60,000 nucleotides of DNA from Felis catus (lineage: Eukaryota), in the NCBI RefSeq assembly GCF_018350175.1, contig NC_058369.1, positions 436,001 to 496,000 of the forward strand, read 5' to 3'. Positions 23,880 through 51,100 of this stretch are shown here, in pieces. The stretch's first letter is position 1. Each line of letters starts with the position of its first letter. The notes under the pieces were generated by a model, which saw nothing but the letters and a program-made list of their open reading frames with translations, was not told the origin of the DNA and ran no database searches. The translations under genes were made by a program, and so were the position numbers.

Positions 23880-24500
23880 GGCGAGGTCTCCTTCCACGGT
23901 CACCAACTCCACGGCACGCGCCCCCACCGCCGCGGGGCGGGGATCTAGCCCCCTCTCGAGCACGTGGTCACGCGCCAGCCCGGGCGAGGAGACGTGGGCG
24001 CCGCTCTAGCCGCCGCGGCGCAGGTGCCGGAGTCTCGCTGGCGTGACGTACTTCCGGGGCGGTGGGAGGGGGGGGGAGGCAAGATGGCGGCTCCCATGGA
24101 AGTGGCCGTGTGTACGGACTCGGCGGCCCAGCTGTGGAGCTGCATCGTGTGGGAGCTGCATTCGGGCGCCAATTTGCTCACGTACCGCGGCGGCCAGGCC
24201 GGACCCCGCGGCCTGGCGCTGCTCAATGGCGAGTACCTGCTGGCGGCGCAGCTGGGCAAGAACTACATCAGCGCCTGGGAGCTGCAGCGGAAGGTGCGGC
24301 GGCGCGCGCCCCGGCCCGGGCTTCGTCGGAGAGTGCGCGGGGTGCCCCAGAGTGGGGTCGGGGGAAGGGTCGGTGGGGCCCGCGGGGTCCCTGAACCGGG
24401 GCGGGGGTGGTCTCGGTTGGGGTGCGCTGCGCATGCGCGGGTCTGGGGGCGGTTGGCGAGGAGGGAGGCTCGCTCTGGGTTGGGTGGGATCGTTGGCGCT
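23880..24500 (+). promoter_or_regulatory. WDR18 CpG-island promoter
   Basis: CpG-dense. Canonical E-box CACGTG 23961-23966, CRE-like TGACGTA abutting ETS ACTTCCGG at 24044-24057, YY1 motif AAGATGGCGGC over the start codon, NRF1 motif TGCGCATGCGC 24428-24438. Confidence 0.75.
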
Positions 24501-27500
24501 GGGCTGAGGGTGGGCCACTGGGGAGAGTGAGGAGCGTCTGTGGGGCAGGCACCCTTGATGGGCTGGGGAAGCGGGAGGGAGCTTGGGGAGCGAAGTTTAA
24601 GTAAAGGACTTTCAGAGTGTTCGCTCTTGAATGCTCCCTCTCTGTAAAGAGAGCTTTCTGATCTTAACACGCTAATAAACTTGTTTGCTGTTCGTTTAAG
24701 GAGAAGGGGGGAAAAAAAGGATTTTCTGTGGGGGTTCCACGGGTCTGTTGTTCTTGGAAGGTGAATATCAAAGGCCCAGGAGAGTCATGCATTTATTACC
24801 CCCCCCCCCCCCCGCCCCAAAGAGATACTACCCTTCATCCCAAGGGCCCATTGGTCTCTTCTTATAAACACCCAAAGCGCAGCCACTGAAGTTTCTTGCT
24901 GCCCGGCTCTGACAGCTAAAGTTTCTCGGGACAAGCTCTGTGTTCTGGCTTTACCTGGTGTGGTCCACTCATACTCAGGAAGTTTTCCCTTTAAAGAGAT
25001 GAGAAAACTGACCGTCAGGATCACAGGCTGGATGTTAGGGAAGGCGGGGTTGTGGCACAAGCCGCCTGGCCATTGGGCTCTGCAACTCCTTCCTGGACCT
25101 TCTGTGGCTTGCCCACCCCTACCCCCACCCAGAGTGAGCACCGTTCTGCTTTGATCCAGCAATCTGCAGGCCTCCCCCTCCAGCCTGCAAAGCCTGGGCT
25201 GGATCAGGTGCCTTCTTGATGACCCTTGATTAGTTCAAATCACCCCTGTTCCTGCCCTTCTTTCTAGCTCTCTCGGACTTTTCTCCCCACTGTCCCCTAG
25301 CTTCCAAGTTCCACGTGAAGCTCAGAGGCTTCTTATGTCTCTCTAGGACCAGCTCCAGCAGAAGATCATGTGTCCTGGACCTGTCACCTGTCTGACCACA
25401 TCGCCCAATGGCCTGTATGTCCTGGCGGGGATTGCAGAGAGCATATACCTGTGGGAGGTGAGAGCAGGCGTAAAACCAAGGTAGTGGGATTTGGTCTCGG
25501 GGCGCTGGGTTAATTAGACCGTGTTGTCACCAACAGTCGCTTATGCTTGGGCGGGGGACACCCGCGTCACCTCCTGCACAGACAGCACAGGGTTTGGAGC
25601 CAGAAGACGGACACATAATCACGCTCTGCCTTTCTTGACCTTGTCCACACCTGTAAAACGGCCTTTGTCCTTCCCCCAGAGGTCTGAGGGCCACAGAGAT
25701 ACGAGGGGGCTTAGTTATTTCACCCCAGAGGCTTTTAATGATTTTAACGATTTTTAAAGATTCTAAAACTAGGAAGTGGTTGCTCTGGTGCAGGGAGGGA
25801 AACTGGGGCGGGGGAGGGGTTCTTCAAAGGTTGCCAATCTCATGGTAGAAATCCTTGCCCTGGTGCAGGAGCGTGGGCAGAAATCGATGTCCCCTTTCCC
25901 TCTCTAATGAGGGACGTCTTGGGTCTTGGCTGGTGGGCTCTGTGGTCTGACCCTGGCTCCCTCACCCTCCGGGCGAATTCTTGACCGGTGCGGGCCACGG
26001 ACACAAGGGGGCGCCCCCCACAGCCAACCCAAGGCAGCAACTCCGGCTGAGGACCTGACTCCGGTATCTGCCACTGTCCACCTTTCCCTCCTTCCATCTG
26101 TGTGGATGAGGGGGGAGGAAAGCTGGAAATCCTCAGAGCGGGGGCCTCAGGGGGAGGCTGTTTCTCCGGCTTTTCCTTATGTGAGGACACCAATGGTTAG
26201 GTTCAGGGCCACCCTCTGGTGTGTGGTTAGACTTGTAAAGACCCCGTGTTCAAGGAAGGCCTCAGGAGTTAGAACGTGAATCTGTGTATTCGGGGAACAC
26301 CGGTCAACTCGCAACAGAGTCTTGGCCCCCCAGCCCACCCCACCTTCCCAGGCTCACCTGTCTGTGCCGCCAGGGGCCTCCCCGTTGCCCCCGGCCACTG
26401 GCCCATCCCCCTGCGGTGGCATCTGAAGACGGTGACTTCCCGCTCCTGGGTCCCAGGTCTTGCTGGTTCTGGAGGGAAGGGCCCACGGTCTCACCAGCCT
26501 CTTCTGTGGCCTTGTCACTCTCCTCCATGCAGACAGCCCATGCCCTCCCCGGACGCCACGGTTACGTGACGACCTTGTCCCGCACTGGACAGGGGTCCTC
26601 GGGCCAGCTGACGCACAGGGCTCAGAGGTCAGGGTGACTGTGGACGAGGGGGTGGGAGCTCCAACAAGATCATCATCCATTTGGGGATGTCCTAGGCAAG
26701 ACAGCCGGGAAGAGGCATGGCCTCCCACCAGGCCTCAGTATTCCTCCCAGACACCCTGGCCGTGAACCCCTGACCCGAGCGCTGGGACAGTCAGTGTGGA
26801 CAGGCTCTCCCCCCAGTGCCCCCGTGTGACCTGGCAGCCAGGGGGGGCGGGGGCAGCGCCCGTTTCCTGCCCTGACCTGTGTGCACCCTCCACAGGTCTC
26901 CACGGGGAACCTTCTGGTCATCCTGAGCCGCCACTATCAGGATGTGTCATGCTTGCGGTTCACTGGGGACAGCAGCCACTTCCTCTCGGGGGGCAAAGAC
27001 TGCCTGGTGCTGGTGTGGAGCCTGTGCAGGTGGGGCCTCGGGCCCTCTCGGGTCGGGTCTGGCCACAGCGCACGTGGCAAGAGCCGTGCCGGGGCCCCAG
27101 GGTGGGAGGGGGCTGAGAGCCAGGCGGGGCGTCAGGGTGTGGGCCCCCTCCCCCCCCTTGCCGAGGTCTGTTTCTTGCGCACAGCGTGCTGCAGGCGGAC
27201 CCCTCCAGGACCCCGGCCCCCCGGCATGTCTGGTCTCGTCACACCCTCCCCATCACAGACCTGCACTGTGGCTTTGGGGGGCCCCTGGCCCGGGTGGCCA
27301 CCTCTTCGCTGGACCAGACGGTGAAGGTAGGGACCCCCCTCCCCCAAGTGGATCCGTGAGTCATGTCCTGGCAGCTGGCAGGCTCTTGGCCAGCGTGAGC
27401 CGGTGAGTCGCCTCCTTCCCCCAGGCTGGCAGCTCCAGACAGCTCCTAATCCTTACCCTGATGCCTCCCGCCTCAAGGACGGCCAGAGGGTGGACGGTCC

Positions 27501-29909
27501 AGGCCTGCGTCGGCTTGGAAGTTCCCAGTCGGCTGCCTGTGCCTGGCGGCTCCCTGGCCGGACCTCAGGGGATTTGAGGGCACGCTGGCCCTTTGGGCTT
27601 TGCGGTGGGCGGGGGCCGGCGGCGGCTAAAGCGGGTGGGGGGAGGGGTCACGGGCCTGAGAGGCGAGTTCTGCCCCTGGGAAGGCTGGGTCTCTCCACAC
27701 CCCCGCCCCCCGGGCCACGGCTGCGGCCCCGGTTCCCGGGGGTCCAGAGCGGCCAGAGCTCCTATCGCACCCACACCCCCAGCTGTGGGAGGTCTCGTCG
27801 GGCGAGCTCCTGCTCTCTGTGCTGTTCGACGTGGCCATCGTGGCTGTGACCATGGACCTGGCCGAGCACCACCTGTTCTGTGGCGGCAGCGACGGCTCCA
27901 TCTTCCAGGTCGACCTTTGCACCTGGGTGAGTGGACAGGTGGGGGAAGGGGGTGCCTGGGCCCGGGCCGGGGTGCTCAGTGGGCCGTGGGACCCCAGGTT
28001 CCCCCCGCCCCGCTGCCTGGGGCCCCCGGGCTGAGGCGCGGCCCCGGGCCCTCTTGGCCTCCACAGCCTGGGCAGAGAGAGAAGACCTTCCAGCCGGAGC
28101 AGGACAGCGGGAAGGCGTTCAGAGGGCACAGGTGCGGGGCGGGGCCGGGAGCGGGAGGGGCCCCGTGCTCGGGCTCTGGGCTCGGGGTCACCTGTGCCGC
28201 CCTCTGTGGGGCTCGTCGTCCCCAGGAACCAGGTGACCTGCCTGTCCGTGTCTACTGACGGCAGCGTGCTGCTCTCCGGCTCACACGATGAGACCGTGCG
28301 GCTGTGGGACGTCCAGAGCAAGCAGTGCATCAGGACGGTGACCCTCAAAGGTGAGGCGCCCTGGGTGCGGGGGCACGGGGCAGCCAGCTCCTCCGGGGGC
28401 TCTCGGGGGCGCGCGGCTTCTCCGGTTTGTCCGCACCACGGTTTTTCCCCGGCGAGTTGGCCGCCCCGGGGCCTGTGCAGCGAGGAGAGGCCCGGGGTCC
28501 GGGCGGTGCCGCTCCTGGACAGCTGGGGGGTGAGGACTGGCGGCCCGTGGGAGCCGCCTGCGTGGCCCGGGGCGGCTTCGGACCGCGGCCTGCCCTGCCA
28601 CAGGCCCTGTGACCAACGCCTCCATCATGCTGGCGCCGCTCAGCATGCTGAGCTCGGACTTCAGGCCGGGCCTGCCCCTGCCCCACTTCAGCAAGCACCT
28701 GCTGGGCGCCGAGCACGGGGATGAGCCCCACCGAGGGGGCTTCACGCTGCGCCTGGGCCTCCACCAGCAGGTACGTCCCCGTCCCCGCACAGGCGTCCCC
28801 TCCCTCGGGAAGACCTTCCTCTGCCCAGCTCTGCACGTTCTGTCGGGTTCAGGGTGGTGACCTGCCTCGGGCACCGGCGCTCCCGGTGAGGGGCCATCTC
28901 TGACCCGGCGACTGAGCCCAGGCGGGGGTTTGGCAGGTGAGCTCAGGAAACCCAGGGCGTTTGGAACGAGGGCGCATTGCAGAGCAGAGCTTGGCCTGAA
29001 AGTACCGTGTGTCCGGCCTGTTCTCCACGGGGGGCCGTGGGGGGGGGGAGGGGAGCCCCCAGGCATCGCCCGTCTGCCGCCCCAGGCCCGGGGGCACCCA
29101 CCTGCTCTGCAGGTCCTTGCCTGGCAGGCTCGGGCCGTGCTCCGCACAAGCCCCTCGGGGTGTCTGGAGCCCTCCTGCAGACAGCTGGCCTCTGGCTGTG
29201 CCAACGAGGGCCGCGTGCCCGGACGCTGTCCAGCAGGAGACAGACGGCCTCCCTGCAGCAGTAGCGGCGTCCAGCCCATGGTGTGCCGGGGCCGGAGGCC
29301 TCGGCTGACCGGCCGGCCCGTCTCCTGGGCCTCCTTGACCTTGGTCGCTGCACGACCGTCAGGGCCCAGCGCCGTGCCCACGGCGTGGCCTTGGGTGTCC
29401 CTGCCCCCGGGCCGTGTTGGGAGTACATTGCACCCGTCCAGCCGGGGGGTTGGAGCCCGTGACCTCAGTAGAGACGTCGCGCGCCCCAGCCCGGCGTCTG
29501 GCGGTCCTTTCCGCAAACCTCAGCGTCCCCTCGGCCAGCGGGTGTCAGGAAGGCACCTCCCCGGCAGGGCCGCTGCCCCCGCTCACTGGGTGCCACGCGG
29601 CCCCTTCTGTGTTGCAGGGCTCGGAGCCCAGCCACCTGGAGCGGGCAGAGCAGCTGCACGCGGTGATGAGCGGCACGATGGAGAAGGTGGGCCGGGGCCA
29701 CGGGGCGGGCAGGGGCCGCCCCGAGCACCCGCCCCGTCCGGGACCCGCAGGCGACCCGGCTCCCTGTCCTTCCCCAGAGCGTCCTGGGCGGCCAGGACCA
29801 GCTGCGGATCCGCGTGGCCGAGCTGGAGGACGAGGTGCGGAACCTGCGGAAGGTCAACCGCGACCTGTTCGACTTCTCCACGCGCATCATCACGCGGCCG
29901 GCCAAGTGA
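24084..29909 (+). CDS. WDR18: WD repeat-containing protein 18 (Ipi3 homolog, rixosome/PELP1-TEX10 complex), 432 aa
   Basis: Ten exons with canonical splice sites: 24084-24293, 25347-25457, 26896-27029, 27185-27326, 27783-27926, 28067-28131, 28226-28350, 28604-28770, 29618-29686, 29778-29909 (sum 1299 nt). Starts [28 protein letters not shown], has WD40 motifs ([23 protein letters not shown]) and ends ...[16 protein letters not shown]. Confidence 0.97.
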
Positions 29910-31789
29910 GCCCCCCACCCGCCGAGCGGCCCCTGGACGTGTTGCCCCCTCGAGGAGCCTTGTGTACCACGTGTTGGCCACCGGTGCCTCCGTGCGGCTT
30001 CTGGTGCTGCTCTGTCGTTAACAAAAGGACTAAAAGCCTCTCCTCTCCAACCCTCTGTGTGCCCTGGCGGTGGCGGGGGGCGGTCCCAGGTCCCGCGTGG
30101 TGGCCCCAGGACTCCTAGCGGGACCTGTTTCAGCAGAGCCCCCTGAGTCCGGTTTTTAAAACTCTGTCAAGAAGTCACGGTTCTTTTCAGAGACTGGTCG
30201 GCTGCCCCAGGGCTTTCGCTCGACCGTGAGGACCAGGCCACACTCGGTGGGAGGGTGTGCTGGGGCAGGGGTGGCTTCTGAGGTGCGGGTGGAGGTTACC
30301 CGGGGCAGGAATGGTTCAGAGAGCGCAGCGTGGTCCCACTGGTCCCGTCCCTTTGATGGCCTCCCAGCAAGGGTGCCCCCAGCCTGGCTCACGTGGTGGC
30401 GGTTCTGGGCCAGAGTCCTCCAGAAGGACGTGTGCCCACACGGCCCGATGAGAACGTCCCTTGGCCTAAAAGGGCCCGAGAGAGGCCAGGGACACCTGCC
30501 CTGGGGATGTGGCCGGTGGTCAGCCGGCACCACCTGGAGCCCAGCTCAGACACACGGGCCCCATAGCCATCCTCGGAACTTTCCAGAAGGCTGCCCACCC
30601 CTGACAGCTCAGCTTAATGACCTAGAAAATCCATGCGGTTGAGCAGGTGCTGGAGAACCTGGAGCTGGAACCAGCGGTCCCAGCTGGGATCCCGCTCCTG
30701 GGCTCCCGGATGGCCCCTCCCTCCCTCTGGCTGTGCGCCCTGGCCACGGGTCTCGCCACACGGCAGCTGATGGGGCATGAGATGGGGTCCTGCTGGCTAA
30801 CTGGGGACACCACGTTGTAAGCCCCCCACCCCCACGGGCTCCATCAGCCCCTTGAGGCCAGAGTGGGGTTACGGCAGGCCCTGGGCCTCTGGGGTTCCCA
30901 TCGGCAGCGGAGGGCGGGGAGGGGCTTAGCCAGGGTCCCAAGGGTGCCAGCCCCCTCCCCAGAGTGCCAGGGTCTCTGTTCTCCCGTCTGTGGGCTGGGC
31001 CCAGGCTGTCCTCACCCTCGGGTCTCCAGAAAGTCTGGAAGATCTGGTTTGACTGAGGCTCTGGTGCCCAGACCCAAGCGAGGGTCCCTCGGAGCCCCTG
31101 GTGCCTGTGCCCCGGTGCCCTCCCTCCATGCCTTTGGCTGCCTGTACATGTTCCAGGAGTAAATGTTTCAGAAGGAGATGTGTTGCTGGTTCTGGGGGCG
31201 GGTGCTGGGAAGGGAGCTGGCAGGTGGCCACGAGATGGGCTGAGCGTTTCGACCTTCGTCTGGAGGCCGCCCTTCCTGGCTCTGGCTTCTTGCCTCGGGG
31301 GTGCTGTTCCCCCTGACCTCCCGAGGATTCACAGGGTCAGAGGCCCTCCCCCCCCCCCCCCCAGCACCACTCTGGACCCTCAGCTGCTGACTCCGTGGGT
31401 CCTGGGGTTTCCTCCTGCCGTGTCACTCCTCCCGCCCTCTGGCCCGGGGCAGAGGCAGCCGACCTTCCTGGTTCCTGCAGGGCTGAGGGGAGGGGCGGGG
31501 GTGCTGTGATCTGACTCAGGCCCGAGAGCATCAGGGGACGCTTGGTCCCCGCTGGCCTCTCCATCTGGTCACTGCAGCCTCGGAGAAGCTGCACTCGGGC
31601 CCAGACTCAGTTTCCATATCTGTAAAGCGGGACATGGCCCTTCTGGGTCCGCAGGGAGGCCTCAGAGCTTGTGCACAGCTGGCGTGCGGCAAGTGCGTGG
31701 CACGGGGCGAACCATCAGGTCCGGGCTGAGGTTCACGTGCACGTTCTGTAGCACTAGCTGACCCCAAATCCTGCGCAGTCGCTGCCGAG

Positions 31790-32665
31790 GGGAAGAGGCC
31801 GGCGACACCCGGTGCCTGCCGGCCGTGTTCCGGGAGGGAACCGCGGGTGCGCTGGTGGGGACGTGGGGCGGGTGCTGGCGTAGCAAAGTCTGGAGGGTCC
31901 TCGGGAATCGGGCCTCCCCGTGCTCCGGCAGGTCTGTGTCCCGGCTCTCACCACACTCCCGTGTCCGGGCTCCCTCTCACCCGCAGGAGATGCACATCGG
32001 GGCGCAAAGAGGTACCTGCACACCCACGTTCACAGCAGCACGGTCCTTAGTCACCGGACACCCCCGGTGCCCGTCCGCGCACGAAGGGTAGGCACTCCGT
32101 GGTCCATCCACGCGCCCGAATGTGATCCAGCCTTAGAAAGTGCCACCTGCCACCACATGGATGGACCCCGAGGACACTGCGCGGTGACGGAAGCCAGACC
32201 CAGAAGGACACGTCCTGCGTGACCCCACGCACAGGGGGTCCCCTGAGGAGTCGCGTCCACAGAGCCAGAGAGCAGACTGGGGGAGCCAGGGGTGGGCAGG
32301 GGCCGGGGAGTCTGTGCTGCTTGGGGACAGAGTCTCAGTCTGGGGAGATGGAAAGTTCTGGAGATGGCTGGTGGGGGCGGCTGCACGACCGTGTGAGTGC
32401 GCCTGATGTCACTGAGCTGTGCACTTGGAAGTGGTCGCGATGAGGGGCGCCTGGGTGGCTCAGTCGGTTAAACGTCGACTTGATTTTTGGCTTAGGTCGT
32501 GATCTCGTGGTTCCCGGGGTCCAGCCCTGCGTCGGGCTCCATGGAGCCTGCTTGAGGTTTTCACTCCTTCTCTCTGCCCTTCCCAGTTTGTCTTCTGTCT
32601 CTAAAAAACAAAAACAAAAACAGAAAAATGGTTAAAGTGTTAAATTTTATTACGCGTTTTACCAC
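31790..32665 (+). mobile_element. Old L1 (L1MA/L1MB-like) 3' end, strongly GC-shifted, interrupted by a Can-SINE
   Basis: Collinear L1 3' motifs: CACCCACGTTCACAGCAGCA, CACATGGATGGACCCCGAGGACA, GAAGCCAGACCCAGAAGGACA, GGGGACAGAGTCTCAGTCTGGGGAGATGGAAAGTTCTGGAGATGG, CACTGAGCTGTGCACTT, AAAATGGTTAAAGTGTTAAATTTTAT...TTTTACCACA. Confidence 0.75.
32444..32628 (+). mobile_element. Can-SINE nested in L1 fragment
   Basis: GGGGCGCCTGGGTGGCTCAGTCGGTTAA head and (AAAAAC)n tail. Confidence 0.9.
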
Positions 32666-34621
32666 AGTTGGGAAAAACACCTCCCGTGTGTTGACTTGTT
32701 GAATCTGCACGGCAGCCGGGAGATGGGAACTATTATCGCCTTGTAAGTATGGGGAAACTGAGGCACGGTGGTCAGGGAGCTGATGCTGGGTCATACAGCT
32801 GGGAAGTGGCAGTTCTAGATTCCCGCAGAGTCTGGGCTCTTTGTCCCGGCCCCTGACCGCGGGGAGATGACGCAGAAAAGGCAGAAGTGTAGTGGAAACG
32901 GGCAGCTTCAAAGGGCGCCCGTGCGTGTGAGCCCTCAGAGGGCCAAGGGCGGCCGGCTGGCATCTGCTGAGCTGGCTTGGGGTGAGGGACCGTCCCCTAC
33001 CCAGCACGGGCCCCTCATCCTGAGGAGTCGTGCTGTCAGAGGGACCTCACCACAGGGTGGGCAGAGCCCGGGCGGTCCCTGTGGGCTCTTTACCTCCTGG
33101 TGCCTCAGCCAGGACCAGGGCAGGTGGGTGGGCTCCCTGGTGCCAGGGGCCCCTGGCAGGACAGCGGTGACTCAGGTCAGGGCGCGAGCCTGCAACCTGG
33201 GACCTTCCCTGTCCTCGGGTGGCTGGCCAAGTGGCTGGACACGGTGGCCTTGTCGGCCGGAACCCAGGCACACAGCTCTGGACGCTCATCTCCAAATTGG
33301 ATCCACACTGTTGGCTGCCGTTTGGCATTTTTATTTATCTGATGGAGTTTTATTCCTGCCTCTGTAACACTGGCTCCAAAAGGAGATGGTTTTGTGTGTG
33401 AAGAATCAGCCGAGTGTAGATTCGCTCATTAGCACGGGAATGTTCTGTGCCCTGAGGGGTGTTGGGACACTTCCCCCCGCCCCCTCCCCCCCCACCTTGG
33501 GGAGGACGGGCTGAGAGGATTCCTTGCAGGGTGCTGGTGGGCCTGGGTCAGCCAGTGTTTAGTGAGTACCTGCTGCATGCCAGGGTCACGGGAAGAAACT
33601 GGTCAGAGCACGGGAGAAGGCTCGGGGGATGGTAGAGGGCGGGGAGCTATGGAAGCTTCTGGAGCAGTGGAGGGTGATGTAACTGTCCTGTCTGAGCTCA
33701 AGCATCAATTAGAGTGCCCACTGTGTGCGAGCATCAGAGACCACATTAGCAAGCCAGACCCACTCTTGCCCTCCCACTGCTGAGTAGGGAAGGTGGCCAC
33801 TAAATAAAGCAGATAAACCAACAAAAGTTTGACGGCATATGATCACGTAGGCGCGGGGGGCGGGGGGGTGGCTTCACTGGGGGTGGGGAGGAAGTTCTGT
33901 ATCTTCCTGGGTGACCAGCAAGAAATGTTTTTCAGAACAGGGGCATTTGGTACTGGGTCTTGAAGGGTGAGGAGTTCTCTGCTCCGAGTTACCTCCCTGC
34001 CCACAACTGGAAGGCAGGAGATCTACCCTATAGGTTCCTATCAGACGTGATCTGCCTCGGTTTCCCCAGGGTGCACACAACGCCAGAGCGCACTCGAATG
34101 GGCTGGTCTAGGTAGAGCTGGAGGTGGGCAGTATTGCTGTGTGACCCCTCCTGGGCCTCAGCTCCCCTGACATCAACGGGCAGCGTTCCCAGGCTGGGGC
34201 ATGAGCGATTCTCGGGTGGAACGGGGATGAGTGTGGGGACAGATTTGGACACAAATGCCCTTCCTGGTGCTAAGCCTCGGTTTCCTCGTCTGTAGAATGG
34301 GGAAATAACTCACCTGGCACGGAGCTGGCAAGAGCAGTGGTTGGGGACCACCCCCGCGCGGCGTGGCCATCTGAGCCTCAGTTTCCCGCCCTGGGTAGTG
34401 GGTCCCACTCCTCCCTAGAGGCTTGCTGACCCTGGGGAACCGGACGGAGCGAGGGCGGGCGCAGGTCGGCCGGCGGCGTGGGGGGCGGGGGCGCGCGGGG
34501 GAGGGATGCGCCTGCCCCGCGGGGGGGCGGGGCAGCGAGCGGCGGGGGCCGGGCCCCAGACCCCGCCTCCTGCGCGGTGGCCCCGGCGGCTCCGCCCCGC
34601 GGCGCGGCCGGCAACTTTGGG

Positions 34622-42459
<7,838 letters not shown>

Positions 42460-42495
42460 CCGCACACACAGACGCCGCCAGGCCGCCGTCAACAG

Positions 42496-42537
42496 TTTAT
42501 TCTATATACAAACACGATTTTGTACACTGCAATTAAA
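42496..42537. terminator. Convergent poly(A) signals: AATAAA on - strand (42496-42501, TMEM259) and ATTAAA on + strand (42532-42537, GRIN3B)
   Basis: Both hexamers sit in one short AT-rich island between two tail-to-tail genes. Confidence 0.8.
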
Positions 42538-43180
42538 TAGGATGGAATGAGCGCCTTTGTGCATTCCTCACCGAGGGACTCGGTTTGGCCACCAGCCCTG
42601 TCCCACTCCCACCCAAGCAGGGCTGGATGCCTGTGCCCGGCCACTGCCTTCCAGGTGGGCGCCTGTGTCCGCGTCCCCGACCCCGAGGTGCCAACTCTGC
42701 CCTCCTGGGACCCCAGCCCTGGTACGCACACCCGGGGTCAGGTGCCGTGGAGAAGGCACTGAGCATGATGCAGCACCAGCCAAGCGGGCCGGGACAGCGA
42801 GGGTGGCCCCCGCCGACATTCACCTGATCAGAGACTTGCCCAGCTCTGCTCCTGAGGGACAGCTCACTCCACACGTTTCACCAGCCCCTTCCAGAACCTT
42901 CCACAGAGCCCCCACCCCACTCTCATCCACCTGCCTCCATCTGCCGGCCGAGGGGGCCCACCACTAACGTAGCAGGGACAGGCCTCCGGCAGGCCCCACC
43001 CCGGGGAAGAGACGGCCACCTCTGGGCGAACCCAATGGACCCTGACACCACCCCGAGGCAGGCTGGGCAGTCCCAAGAACCACCGGGACATCCTCCCCGA
43101 CACCCGAGGGCTCCGGCCAGGTCATGCCCAGTGGGCCTGCATGGCCAGGGATGGGGTGGGGGCGGTCAGCTGCCCAAGGC

Positions 43181-50483
<7,303 letters not shown>

Positions 50484-50755
50484 CTAACGGCCCGCGGGTC
50501 CCCGAGGGCGTCTCCCGGCCGCCATCGGCCGTCCTCACCGCGGCCGCGCTGCTCACCGACGCCCGGCCGCTGCCGCCGCCGCCATCTTCCGCCTCCGCGG
50601 CCTGCTGACGCCAGCGAGTCGCCGCGCCGGCAAGAGCGGCTTCCCTGCGCTCGCGGAGAACGCTGGGATGGCGGCGGCCGGCCCACTGCAGCCCCGCCCT
50701 CCCTCCTGGTCGCCGGGCCCGGAGCGCCAGGGCGGGGTGGTGTCTGGCCCAGGTG

Positions 50756-50994
50756 TTTTGCATATTATCCCCCACAAGCCTCAGCGGCTGCGAGGCGGAA
50801 TTTGGACTATTAAATTCGTCAACATCTGAGGATTTTAGCGTGATAACAGACACTCAAAGCAAGCATGATGGTAGGAGGTATTCATTTGCATGGCGCTCTA
50901 GAAAACTTGTTCAATGCAGCTAGCTCAGTTTAGCCTAACTGTAAAATGATTTTGAATTTGGTCTTTAAATAGCTCTGCTGGGGGCCCGGCAGTC
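50756..50994 (+). promoter_or_regulatory. Type 3 RNA polymerase III promoter of the U6 gene
   Basis: TATA-like TTTAAATA 50964-50971 (-31 to -24). PSE TTAGCCTAACTGTAAAATGAT at about 50930-50950. Perfect octamer ATTTGCAT 50884-50891. Near-octamer TTTTGCAT 50756-50763 next to an SPH/ZNF143-like CCCCCACAAGCCTCAGCG at about -225. Confidence 0.8.
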
Positions 50995-51000
50995 GTGCTC

Positions 51001-51051
<51 letters not shown>

Positions 51052-51100
51052 GGCCCCTGCGCAAGGATGACACGCAAATTCGTGAAGCGTTCCATATTTT
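50995..51100 (+). ncRNA. RNU6: U6 spliceosomal snRNA (true gene; positional ortholog of human RNU6-2)
   Basis: 106-nt match to canonical U6 (GTGCTCGCTTCGGCAGCACATATAC...ACAGAGAAGATTAGC...CGTTCCATATTTT) with upstream PSE/TATA/octamer, and no poly(A) tail or TSD. Confidence 0.97.

Noticed and set aside
50995..51100. U6 as a processed pseudogene or U6-L1 chimera
   Set aside because: Perfect sequence, correctly spaced PSE/TATA/octamer, and no poly(A), TSD or fused L1.
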